Shown: one piece after another, positions 27,461-39,400 of the stretch
Position numbering within the stretch: the first letter of the stretch is position 1
How the letters are laid out: every line of letters begins with the position of its first letter
Source: Eledone cirrhosa
Taxonomy: Eukaryota
Length of the DNA: 64,000 bases
Reading direction: 5' to 3'
Assembly (NCBI GenBank): GCA_964016885.1
Contig: OZ024740.1
Location: 287,928,001-287,992,000 of the forward strand
Notes under the pieces: generated by a model
The model's database searches: none
What the model saw: only the letters and a program-made list of their open reading frames with translations
Told to the model about the DNA's origin: nothing
Translations under genes and position numbers: made by a program

Positions 27461-30032
27461 TTCTTCTGGTTTTATAATTTCACAAATTTTTTCCCAATAG
27501 AGAGAGAGTCGGTTTCTAACATAGACACAAGACTCTCTTATTGGAATTTACACAACATCAACTAGGTAGATTATGTATGCATGCATGTCTGTGTAGATAT
27601 GGATGTTATTGTATGTGTGGATGTGTATGTTTTGAGTTGTATGTGTGCATGTGTATATGCTTTGTATCTGTACATGTGTATATGCAGTTATTAGATGCAA
27701 AATTTTTGGAATGTTTTACATATTTTTACTTTTCCATTAATGGATTGTACTTGTAGTTTCCTAACTAGTTGTGTTCTTTCTGTTCCTGTGAAGCCTAGCT
27801 TCTCAAGATTTGTATTGAGGCAGTTAATAACATACCTCAGTGCCCCAATAATCACAGGCATAAATCTGAAGGTGTAATCAGGGTGGAGTATCTGCAGATT
27901 TCTCATCAGTTCTGCATAAATATTCTCCTTTTCGCTAATCTTTGATATTATATTGGCATCTGCTGGGCAGCTAATTTCCACTACTGTGCATGCTTTCTTC
28001 TCCCTGTGCCATATCATAATATCTGGTCTGTTATGCCTGCATTTTATTGGGGTTTTTACTGGCACATTCCACCAGTACTCTTTCATATTATGTACATGGA
28101 TGTCTTCCACATTGCTGTAGCTTTTAATGTGTTTATTATCGGGCTATCTTTTTTACGAACTGCATTGTACAGTGTTTTGGCCACTACATCATGCCTCATA
28201 GGTAGATAGTTCCGCGATAACATCTTTGGGCAGCTGCTGATGACATGGGTGATATCCTCGATGTTAGTTCTGAAGAGTCTGCACTTGTTATCACATCTAG
28301 GTGTTTTGCCTGCATCCCTATCTCTTTTGTAACTCAGGTATTTTTTGTTAATCTCCTGTTCTTGGATTGCAAAAGCGTATCCTTCAAAGTGGGAGCCAAT
28401 ATAGCGGTTGTTGGTCCAAGATAGACTACTTTCCTTATCTATATTACTCTCACTCTGGAGTTTCCTGGCAACATATCCATGCATGACTTTTTGCTGATAA
28501 GCATGCAGTTTTTCATCAATGGATTCACTGCGATACTGTTGAGCGACTTCCCTGGGTGTGAGTTTTTGATTATCACACAGGGAATATCTCTCGAGGAGTT
28601 CCTTCCCAACTCTCATGATCTTATCTGTTTCATGCAGATAGACTTGCTCGAGAAACGGGCTCCTACGCTTCGAGATTCGTAGATGTTGTCGGAGACATAT
28701 GATGCGACATTCAAATGTTGTCTGGACTGGTGTTAGGCCTCTGCCTCACTGCTTATGTTTCAAGTAAAGGCGGTTTATGTCACTGTTGATGTGAAAGTTT
28801 CCGGTGTTGTTTAGTATTTTTCGAGTTCCAACATCAACTGCTCGGATTTCGTCTATCGTCCAATTGAGTATTCCAAACGTTGGTGTTAGGACAGGCACAG
28901 CAAACACATTGTGAGCCACTGTTTGTTTTGCGCAGAGAGTTCCGATGACCAGATCTTTCTTAATCGGGTGTAGTATTCCCTGGTTACGCGTTCTTTATTA
29001 CAGATACCATTATAGGATATGTTCTCGTCTATCCCCAGGTATCTGTAGCAGTCCTCATCAGATATCGGTGAAACAGTTAGACCATTGATGACAATGTTGC
29101 TAGATTGGTTGTTGTTTCCCCACTTTACAGTCATGCATGAGCATTTATCTGGGCCAAACTCCATTCCTATATCCTTTGAGAACGTTGTAACCAGGTCAAG
29201 ATTTTTCTTCATCCCATCTATGTTCTTGGCATAGAGTTTCAGATCGTCCACAAAAAAATTATGGGTTAGGTTCGTATTTCTGTCCTCCTGTAAGCCAATG
29301 ATGTATCCCTCACATTTCTTGAGCAGAAAGGACAAGTGCTTTAATGATAAGATGAATAATATCACAGAGAGACTGTCCCTCTGAAATATACCCCTGCAAT
29401 ATTTTATTTTATCAGTGAAAATAGAGTCCTCCCTCTCTGTATTTAACCTTAGGATAGTAGCCCAAGAAGAAGACAGCCTCTCTATGGCTCTGACAATAAT
29501 GTCTGGGACTTTAACAAGTTGGAGGGCCTCTATCATCCAAGAGTGGGGAACAGAATCGAAAGCTTTCTTGTAGTCCAGCCAGACTGTAGTCATATTCCTC
29601 CTAAGTTGTCGCACCTCCGACATCGCAGTTTTGTTGATTAGGAGTTGTTCAGCACATCCCCAAACCCCTTTCTTTCCAGCTGCTTGTTCATCTGTGATGA
29701 TGTTATTATTTTCACAGTGATCTTGGAGGAATAAGTTCAGGCAGGCTGTATACATCTTATACATCAGGTTCTGGCATGCAATGGGTCGGTAGTTTTTTGC
29801 CAAGTGGGTGTCTTTGTTCTTGGGGACCAGTAATGTTTGTGCTAATGTCAACCATTCTGGTATAAGTGTATTTCCCTTAAGAACTTGTTGGTAAAGGTCA
29901 GTAAGATACCTCCGATAGAATATCAGTTTTTTGTACCAGTAGCCGACAATCATATCTCTTCCTGGTGTTTTCTTATCTTGGAGTTTTCCTATCACAGTCT
30001 CAAGGATACCCTCACTTATTTCGTATGTTTTT
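27461..30032 (-). mobile_element. 5'-truncated R4/Dong-clade non-LTR retrotransposon (RT, zinc knuckle, restriction-like endonuclease)
   Basis: 28886-29995: NYRPIACQNLMYK, WLDYKKAFDSVPHSW, RGIFQRDSLS, FVDDLKLY, YRYLG; 28083-28616: CRL..EDITHVISSC..RHD; 27691-28110: NRPDIMIW..VVEISCP..K...Y; (TATG)n on both sides. Confidence 0.9.
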
Positions 30033-30334
30033 GTTGTATGTATGTATGTATGTATGTATGTATGTATGTATGTATGTATGTATGTATGTATGTATGTATG
30101 TATGTATGTATGTATGTATGTGCGGGGGACATAGAAATAGTCGGGCTGGATACCCGATCAAGCGATTATATATATATGTATGTATGCATTTGAATATGTA
30201 TATATTTATATATATATGTGTGTGTCTGTGCCTGTAGATCTACGTTTAGTGCTGACCAATCCAAAATGTAACCACCAGTATAATTACAAACTGATTGATC
30301 AGTGAATTGGTTGAAGCAGACTGCTCTACCTTGG

Positions 30335-30410
<76 letters not shown>

Positions 30411-30449
30411 ATATTAAATAAATGGAAACTATATTTATAAAACCATATT

Positions 30450-30512
30450 TATTTTATTATATATATTTCAAGGGTACCAAAACACATTGGTACGCTTTCC
30501 TCAGATAAAATA
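30450..30512 (-). ncRNA. Type I hammerhead ribozyme (family A)
   Basis: Inverted copy of 30616-30678. Confidence 0.72.
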
Positions 30513-30615
30513 CAAAGTTTGTTTTATAAATAGAGACATACCCATGAAAATCATACCTTATCAGTTGGAAATTCTCTGGATAGTGGGTATGTCTCTATTT
30601 ATAAAACAAACTTTG

Positions 30616-30678
30616 TATTTTATCTGAGGAAAGCGTACCAATGTATTTTGGTACCCTTGAAATATATATAATAAAATA
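30616..30678 (+). ncRNA. Type I hammerhead ribozyme (family A)
   Basis: tattttat CTGAGGA aagcgtaccaa-tgtatt-ttggtaccctt GAAA tatata TA ataaaata. Confidence 0.72.
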
Positions 30679-30812
30679 AATATGGTTTTATAAATATAGT
30701 TTCCATTTATTTGATATCATTGAATATTTACCCCAGGAACTTTTTGAGTGCTCTAAATCAGTTATAAACATTTATGTTTGTCGGACTTCCAACAAATTAA
30801 ATACCCCTTCTA

Positions 30813-30873
<61 letters not shown>

Positions 30874-31184
30874 AAACGACCGGAGCTCAGCCGTCGGGGT
30901 TCTGAATTTTTCATATATATACATATATATATATATTGTTATACTTGGGGAGGGTCATATTGTATACTGTTGTAATATTGCCAGAAATAATAACAAAACA
31001 CACTCACTGTTTGGTTGGTTTTCGCTTCTGTATCTTTTATATCTCAATAGTTAATTTATTTGGCAATCAATGTTTATCCTTGATTGACCAACGGTTAAAA
31101 ATACAGATATAAATATTTATATATATAGTCTATCAAAGTTGTACATCTGCAACATCATCAGTGGTACTATTATGTTTCCTTCTG

Positions 31185-31250
31185 TTGTATTGTATGTCTA
31201 CGCCATTTTTATTTTTATTTAAATAAAAATGGCGTAGACATACAATACAA
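31185..31250. repeat. 30-bp perfect inverted repeat with 6-nt spacer
   Basis: ttgtattgtatgtctacgccatttttattt / aaataaaaatggcgtagacatacaatacaa. Confidence 0.9.
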
Positions 31251-31306
31251 TATTTGTTTCGACACACGATTTCATATAAAAAACCTTGCAAAACCAGTTC
31301 ATCGCC

Positions 31307-31341
<35 letters not shown>

Positions 31342-31699
31342 TTACATACCGTTGATCCTAGACCCTAGAAAGTAATGCACTCAGACATCATCAAAACAGT
31401 TCATTGTAAACTTTGATTAAATTTCTTAAATGTTTCAGAAGGCAACACAGAATAACTGGAATATCTTTGTTGACCTTTAAATACCAAACTGCCGCAGCAT
31501 AGCCAACTGATAAGAGTGTAAAGAAGGCAGTTTAATTGTTCAATAATAAAACATTTCTGATGAATATATAAACATTTAACACTACAAATGTTCTGTGTTA
31601 TTCAACAACCTACGCCAGCCGGTTTGTTCCAAAAGGCACAAACAACAGCCGAAATATTAGCAGTAGCACTAACATAGTGTGATTCAGAGCAGAGGTATA

Positions 31700-32142
31700 C
31701 AGTTGTCCCCCGGTATTCGCGGGGTTTACGTTCCTCCTCCTCCTCCTCCTCCTCCTCATCATCATCATCATCACGAGGAACGTAACCCCCGCGAATACCT
31801 CTGTTCTGTAACTTTCTAGAGTCTCGCGAAGAGTGAAAAACCGCGAATATTGGACGTGGGCCATAAAAATGCCTATAAACGTCAAAATATAACATAAAAT
31901 ATAATAAAAAAAAGAGAGAGTCTTATGCGAAGGGGGCGTCCAAAAGACCGGCCAATACAGTATACTGTTATTAATAATTTAGCGTTAAAAAAAAAAATAT
32001 ATTGCCACGAAAAAAGCCGTAAAAAATCGCGGAAGATATTTACGATTCCACGAATATGCGGTGGTTTCCACAAACAATTATTAGTTAGGTTCTAAGAAAA
32101 ATCCTGCGAATAACCGGGACCACGAATGCCGGGTGTACACTG
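31700..32142. mobile_element. pogo/Tigger-like MITE
   Basis: TA|cagttgtcccccggtattcg ... cgaatgccgggtgtacactg|TA; homologous to 21354-21821. Confidence 0.8.
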
Positions 32143-32376
32143 TATATGAAAGAACATACAGTATATTTATGTGTAATAAACATACATAAGTCTCACTGTG
32201 GGTATTTAATGGTATCCACGGTATCAACAATTTAGAATTTACTCCGTCATACAGGTATGGCTGAGTGACCGAGGAATGTGCGTTGCAGCCACAGATCTGT
32301 CAAGTCTCTCCGTCCGACGGGAAGATCACTCACCCTAAAGTGGGTGGGTGAGAGATGTCTTCTCTTGTGAAAATAG

Positions 32377-32559
32377 TTGGCAGTAACGGTAGAGGGTCGG
32401 ACACCCTGCTTTGATGCATAGAGTTACGGACCTTGCCATTCTGAGTTCAAATCTCACCGAGTTTAACTTTGCTTTTCATCCTTACGGGGTCGATAAAATA
32501 AAGTACCAGTAATGCACTGGGATAATTGCTGGCCTTGTGCCTAAAGTAGAAACAATTAT
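32377..32559 (+). mobile_element. tRNA-derived SINE
   Basis: Similar to 6854-7040. Confidence 0.88.
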
Positions 32560-33357
32560 GTAAAATCTCCCCATTTTGCCTCGCTTTGGGAACCTTTTTT
32601 CATGGTACCCCCTGTTTAGGATTTTAGAGATTGGCAGGTCTGCAACCAAGAAGGTGTCGGTTTTACTCCCACTGCGTAGCACCTTAGGCAAGTGTCTTCT
32701 AAAATGTCTCTTTCAATTCATTGTATGGAGCCAAACCTCAATATCATCCTTTACTTCGGTTTTAAATTTACAGATTCTCCGTCAGTTTTGATAACAGGAA
32801 TTCGGTTTTTTGATATCAACCCATGAAATTAACGTGTCAGCGACCGGGTTATCCTACATAAGTGTTTACTTATAATCTAATTCTCATGTTATATCACCCT
32901 GATACAATGTAACATTATGAAAGCTTTCCTGATGATTTCCTTTGAATGAAATAGTTCTAGTCCTGTAGAAGCCATGTCTCTATTGAAAATTTATACTCTG
33001 CTATGGTTACCCCCGATTGAACCCGGGTTACACACACACATACCCCCCCCCCCACATATATACATTTACGCGCGTTGTATTGAAGTGAATAACTATGTGT
33101 CTACTCTGGGAGTTTATTTAACATTACATATTGAGTACGCTGAGATGCAACTGGTCCTAGCAGTGAAACCCATGCTAGTTTCGTCAACTTATTATATATA
33201 TATATAAAAGAAATAGGATTTCGCTTCAAGCATAGCTTTATACAATATGTATAACTATTTCGTATCTCCAAGGAAATACGGTTTTAGGAAGCCGTAGCTA
33301 TGCAAACACCGGTGGGGCTAACGCCCTCTGGTAATGTCCAGCAGAAGCAAGGGGGAC

Positions 33358-33403
33358 AACCGTCTATGCATTTCAGGCTTAACTGGCCTTCGCCAGGACG
33401 GTC
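33358..33403 (-). ncRNA. Type I hammerhead ribozyme, one core substitution (CUGGCGA)
   Basis: gaccgtc CTGGCGA aggc-cagttaa-gcct GAAA tgca TA gacggtt. Confidence 0.65.
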
Positions 33404-33690
33404 TCTCCCACCGCCTGCGACTGCTGGACTAGAAGACAGCCGAGAAAATATACTTTTCTCGTCTGTGTAAATGAGGTGATTAATCTCATTTGCATATGAA
33501 GCTGCATAAGTTGGCTCAACTCATAATAAAAAAGAAATCGGATTTCGCTTCAAGCATAACTTTTTTATTATGAATTGAGCCAACTTATGCAGCTTCATAT
33601 GCAAATGAGATTAATCACCTCATTTACACAGACGAGAAAAGTATATTTTTTCGGCTGTCTTCTAGTCCAGCAGTGGCAAGCGGTGGGAGG

Positions 33691-33736
33691 GACCGTCATG
33701 ACGAAGGCCAGTTAAGCCTGAAATGCATAGACGGTT
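33691..33736 (+). ncRNA. Type I hammerhead ribozyme, one core substitution (AUGACGA)
   Basis: gaccgtc ATGACGA aggc-cagttaa-gcct GAAA tgca TA gacggtt; the two arms together imply an ancestral CUGACGA core. Confidence 0.65.
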
Positions 33737-33861
33737 GTCCCCCTTGCTTCTGTTGAACATCGCCAGAGGGCGTTAGCCCCACCGGTGTTTGCTTAGCTAC
33801 GGCTTCCTAAAACCGTATTTCCTTGGAGATACGAAATATTTATACAAATATATATATATAT

Positions 33862-33924
<63 letters not shown>

Positions 33925-33929
<5 letters not shown>

Positions 33930-33993
33930 CTGTTTAAGCATTCTCCACGCTCCGATGAATCATCGGAGCGTGGAGAATGCTTAAACAGGTGAT
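33925..33993. repeat. Perfect 34-bp-arm palindrome with 1-nt centre
   Basis: atcacctgtttaagcattctccacgctccgatga-a-tcatcggagcgtggagaatgcttaaacaggtgat. Confidence 0.95.
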
Positions 33994-34884
33994 TAAAATC
34001 CTAATCTTCAGAACATTTAGGTAGATACATAACTGTTGTCAGTGTCATAGACATCATACAGAAAATCGGGAGTTAAAAAAGAATGTTATGCTTTAGAAAA
34101 CACAATTACAAGGAGCAATGGGGAAAATTGAAAAATAAGCATATTATGTATAAAGGTATTGTTTAAGGTTATACATGTGCAAAAGGTACAAGCAAAAAAG
34201 GTAAGATAGGATAGATAGAAGATATCATAGCATTGGAAATCAGGTAATGTTAAGGGTATATAATGCAAGAGTCAATACAATCAATAAGGCATATATGTGG
34301 TAAGAGTTACAAGCATATTTCATGTAGAATGTAAAAGCATGTTACAAGTGTTAGAAATGTTTAAATTTTTAAAATGGCATACTATATGGTATAGAGACAT
34401 GTGGTGATAAAATGGGTATATGTCATGTAAAATGTGATGTAAAACATGTGGTTGAGTTAGATAGGTAATTTTCATTCAAGAATTTTTATATTGGAGTTCG
34501 TATATGTTGGGTGTAACACAAATGTATTAACCATGGAATTTTCTTAGCTTTAGATGTAATTATTTTGAGATGTGTAGAGTTTATAGATATGTGTTTGGTA
34601 AAGATAAATTCCACTGAATTACTGGCCATGTTGTTATACTCACTATATTATACAATGCATTCCTATCTTTAAATTTTCTATTAAGGAATATTAGAGTTTG
34701 CTTTATGTGCGAATTCCATTAATAGTTATTAGGCGGTTAAGAAGTCGTTCTCGGCTCTGTAAAACATTTGATAACTTACATTGAGCTTTCTATCCTACCA
34801 GTAACTAGCTAGTACTTAGTACTACTCTCCATATTTATAACTGTATATTAAACATATATAAGTATACATATTATTATTATTACT

Positions 34885-35069
34885 GTGAATTGGCAGTATT
34901 GGTAGAGGGTCAGACATGCTTTCCAGCGTAGTTACGTCCCTTTACGGACTGAGTTCAAATCCCGCTGAGGTTAACTTTGCCTTTCATCGTTACGGGGTCG
35001 ATAAAATAAAGTACCAGTAATACACTGATATAATTGCTGGCCTTGTGTCAAAAGTAGAAACAATTATTA
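34885..35069 (+). mobile_element. tRNA-derived SINE
   Basis: Similar to 6854-7040. Confidence 0.88.
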
Positions 35070-35675
35070 CTATATATATATATATGTATGTGTGTGTGAG
35101 TGTGTGTGTGTATTTATACATATTACCCTCACAATAATGTATTCCCCCACTTCCGTTTTTAGCTCTGTACCACCGACAGCCAGTATATAGAGTGGCACCT
35201 TCAAACTGGCACTGCTTGTCTAGCAGGTCAACGTAAACTTTCAGCATTAACTTCTTACAAACAACCAAGTTAATTGACCTAGTAAACAGAAAAAAAAGAA
35301 AAAGACAAAAAACAACAAACAAACAAACAACAACTTAGTTTTCAAGAAACAACAATGTCTTTCTTTTGTGAGTTATTACCGACTGAGTAAGTGGTCTTTT
35401 ATTTCTTCTGTAAAGACTTACAGTAGCCATTAAAGTTACTATTTACATATAACAGCTGTCAGGGAGAATATTCTAGATGTTCAGTTTTTATTACTATGTC
35501 CTCTACTATTTTTGCAGTTACTTCACATTTCACACTTTTTCACCTGTTTGTCTATAAAGTCATTCTGCCCATTTGGCTGGCTGTCTGTACGTATATGTTT
35601 AAGCGTGCGACTGTGTAGGTGTTAAACGAAGCCGTGATTTATATATTTATGGGAAATGTATTCACACCAAAACTC

Positions 35676-35870
35676 AATAATAATAATTGTTTCTACTTTA
35701 GGCAAAGGCCAGCAAATACCCAGTGCATTACTGGTACTTTATTTTATCGACCCCGTAAGGATGAAAGGCAAAGTCAACCTCGGCGGGATTTGAACTCAGA
35801 TCGTAAAGGGACGTAACTATGCTGGAAAGCATGGCGTCCGACCCTCTATCGATACTGCCAATCCATCGCC
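35676..35870 (-). mobile_element. tRNA-derived SINE, full length
   Basis: Matches the reverse complement of 6854-7040. Confidence 0.9.
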
Positions 35871-36062
35871 AATGGTTTCTACTTTAGGCACATGACCAGC
35901 AATTTGGGGGGAGAGGAAAGTCGATTAAATCAACCCCAGTGCATTACTTGGTGCCTTATTTTATAGACCCCGTAAGGATGAAAGGATAAACTAACCTCAA
36001 CGGAATTTAAACTCAGAACGTAAAGGGATGTGACTATATGCCGCAAAGCATGTTGTCCGACG
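35871..36062 (-). mobile_element. Older variant SINE of the same superfamily
   Basis: Diverged central domain and an extra ggggggagaggaaagtcgattaaatcaacc segment; similar fragment at about 52495-52600. Confidence 0.75.
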
Positions 36063-36779
36063 CTTGGTCACAAGGGCCCAAAATATTGGGGATAATACAA
36101 GGACAAAACAGAAAGTGGTTTACATCGAGTAAAAGAAAAGGGGACATCACCAATGAGAAAACAATAAGTATAACAATGATAGTAATTGTAAAAAAAATAT
36201 TCAAGATAACATGTGTCAACTAGAACTAGTTCGGTTCCCCAATAGCGGAAATCTGGGCTTCAGGGTAATTTTAGGGAGAGCCCATCCCCCCACAAAACCC
36301 CGGATTACTCTGTCGCCTTTCAAACATTGAACATGCTCTCTCTCGGTTTCTTTCCTCATGCTTAGAAAGGCATAGTCAAAGTAGTCCTATTCAAACTCGC
36401 CGCTCTCACCCATCTTTCATAAAACATATTAGAAAGCAGCAGTTCACTCTACATCCATAATGAAAGAAATGGAGAAATTATCCAAATATAAACATCTAGA
36501 GATAGGAAACCCGAATATGGTCGATGAAAATAGGTGTTCTGGGTATGATAAAGACACACAGACAAATGCATAATCGAAACCTAGGACTAATAACTATATA
36601 TATAGCATACAAAAAATAACACTATTAGGCACTGCACACAAATTGCGAAGAGTATTCTCAATACAACAGAAACAATACTAAAAACAACTCTGCACAGAAG
36701 GCGCACAGAACTGTATTCGGTAATGCAGTGACAATGCACAACAAAAATAAGATTAAGAAAAAAAATATATATATATATA

Positions 36780-37078
36780 ATGTAAAAGTTCTATTTAAAT
36801 TGTTGGGATACAACAAGCAAATATTTTTATAACTGATATAAAGCACTCAACAAATAATTGGAGTAAAAATACGATATTAACTATATTAACTACCCGGGAG
36901 CTTCCAACAGTAATGGTTGCATTCTTTTAAGGGTATGTCAATATTTATTTATAAAACTGCTCTATATTATATTTTATCTGATGAAAGCACACCATAATTT
37001 AACTTGGTGTCCTTGAAATATGTATAATGAAATAAATATGGTTTTATAAATATAGTTTCCATTTGTTAATATCGTATA
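36780..37078 (-). mobile_element. Family A mini-element: tail on minus strand plus inverted HHR segment
   Basis: 36780-36881 is similar to the reverse complement of 6164-6262; 36920-37078 is similar to the reverse complement of 5883-6046. Confidence 0.8.
36970..37034 (+). ncRNA. Type I hammerhead ribozyme (family A)
   Basis: tattttat CTGATGA aagcacaccat-aatttaac-ttggtgtcctt GAAA tatgta TA atgaaata. Confidence 0.75.
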
Positions 37079-37356
37079 TATATATATATATAATGATTCT
37101 GATGGGAAGGAGGATATGATTGGATTTTTTTTTGTCACCAAGGCAAAAGATGAAGGGAACAAATTGTGTGTGGTGGTGGTGGTGGTGGTGGGGGTTGGGG
37201 GGGGGGGGGGGGATGGGGATGGGGGTTTACATGTAAATCGGATTAATAAAGACGAAAAAAGAAAAGATGAGTAAAAAAGTATAAACAGTACAGTTATATA
37301 ATACAGTTTCTTGATAGGATAATTGCTATTTAAGTCAATCAAGGAACCATATACAT

Positions 37357-37645
37357 CAGTCATGGGCAACCTGCGGCCCGTGAAGCTTTCTGAATGGCTC
37401 GCCTAAGTCACCTAAGTGAAATCTTTCTGAATTTTTTACCCCAACTTTTCAGTCGTAATTTATCTTTCTATTATTTTTACGATCGAGGAAAACAACGTGT
37501 ACGAATTCTGAAGAAACAAATCAAAACAACCTGAGTTACTCCCCTTTTTTAATGTGGGCACGAATGTAAATTAACGCTTGCGGCCCGCCCGATGATGAGC
37601 CATATCTCATGCGGCCCGCTTCTTGAAAATGGTTGCCCATCGCTG
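37357..37645. mobile_element. hAT-type MITE
   Basis: TIRs cagtcatgggcaacc / ggttgcccatcgctg; 8-bp TSD atatacat / atatagat; subterminal gcggcccg motifs. Confidence 0.85.
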
Positions 37646-39199
37646 ATATAGATCAAAGGTTACTCTGACAAACAAGAGCAAGTGCCTCACATGAATTATC
37701 TAAATTCCTACAATTGGTTAACTTCATAGTTGTACTGGTTGCACTTATTATAACGGTTCAGTCCCTCGCAGACAAGACAAAGCTTATATTTTATTTTATT
37801 TTATTCTATTTTATTTTATGTATTATTTGTTCCCCTCTCCCCCTCCCCATGAAATCATATACTGTAAACAGATTATCTGTTGTATCGTATGACAGAAAAA
37901 TATTTTAATTTACTTTAACCTTTAACTTCAGTAAATTTCTCAGTTTTACTCAAATCAAGACAAGCTATTGAAGCCAAGCATTATGGATATGGATTACTTC
38001 TAGAAATATTTCGCTTGGCTGTATGTAATTGGGGAGAGGGTGTGACAATTTGTTCGCAACAAGTCGTACAGATCCAGCAGTGCAAACAGGAGGATATGTC
38101 CGAAATGTGGTAGAGGCAGTTGTTCTACACAGGCCAGACTTATGCTTGCCATTCGCTTGTTGAACCCCAGATCAACCATGATCGAGCTGACCTCTGCTAT
38201 GTGTCCTCCCCTTTTTAAAGATGATTGTGTGCGAAAGAAGTGATTTGATTGCGATTTCTAGTAAGTCTAGTGGTCACACAGATGCATTTCTTGTTTTATT
38301 TTCTATCTAGTGTATTGTGTACTGCAGCTTTTCTTTAAATCCGTCTTATCGACACTCGATCGACTTTCGTCAAATCGGACCGACGAAACAATGTTTCCAT
38401 TGGTCTTTCCAATTGCTAATACTCTCTATGGGTCGCAACTCCAGGTAGAAGGAGCAACGCATCGCTCGGTCCGGGAATCAAACTCACCTCACGATTGTGA
38501 ATCTAATTCTCTAACCACTCAGCCACACGCCGTCTTATTTAGTGACTTAATGTAATAAAGTTACAGCACGATTGAATGTTGGATGATATTTTCGAGTTTT
38601 TTTCTATTATTGCTGACAAGATTTTAAAAAATGATTTGTAAGTGGATGATTAGAAGTTGTATAGATACACCTTAGATCTTCGTTTCACTCTCTCTATGGG
38701 GTGTAGTGAATACAATCAAACAGACTTGAATTTCTGTCCCTGGCTGGCTAGGTAGGTCATTGCGACCCACTCATACTGACCTTTTGACCTCCTAGATATT
38801 TGGTTCCTTTGTTCGGGATTAGTATGCAGGTTGTCTAAAGGAATGGTTTTCTAGAGGCCATCTGCAGATTGTCCTCTCCCTGTTGTCCAGCAGTCAGTCC
38901 AATTCAATTTGTTCCAGTGCCAGAACAATGTAGTTGTCAACAGATACCCACTTCGGCCTTTCGGTCAGTGGGCCGAGACAGCCATACTCCCGTATGATTT
39001 CAACAAAGGTCAGTCTTATGCATCTTTTCTGACTACTACAGGATTTCGCGCATACACATCACATCTAATTCATAACATCAAACAATTCAACTGTGGTTAT
39101 TTGTTCTTCGTGTATTGTCGTTATAACATCGACAAAAGTTATATTTAATAAAGCATTGACATAGTGACTCTGTGTTATTGTGGTTTATATATTTCATTA

Positions 39200-39400
39200 T
39201 CTATGTGATCAGGGTAAATCACTTACCCAATGAATTATCACGTCATAAGGAGCATTGTTGCTCACTTGTACTCCTGCAATTTCTAGCCACACAAGCTCAG
39301 GCACATCAATCTTCCTTAACTTACACTCTACGCAACGCTGAGCAACCCCCAAATAAGTACACACATCACTAAGCAATCCACAAGTGAGTACACACATAAC
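39200..39400. repeat. Unclassified interspersed repeat (second copy about 60530-60710)
   Basis: Shared gtgatcag.gtaaatcactta.ccaa.gaat.atcac.tcat ... aagcaatccacaagtga. Confidence 0.6.

Larger units (their letters stand above)
30406..30815 (+). mobile_element. Fold-back HHR mini-element (family A)
   Basis: About 139-bp inverted arms 30406-30544 / 30584-30722 plus tail; TA-flanked. Confidence 0.8.
33206..33839 (-). mobile_element. Fold-back HHR element with 324-nt terminally redundant unit (retrozyme-like)
   Basis: About 280-bp inverted arms 33256-33535 / 33560-33839; 34-bp direct repeat 33206-33239 / 33530-33563; TA-flanked. Confidence 0.75.

Noticed and set aside
32920-32975. ctgatga-ttc/gaa-gaaa motif
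   Set aside because: No stem I in register
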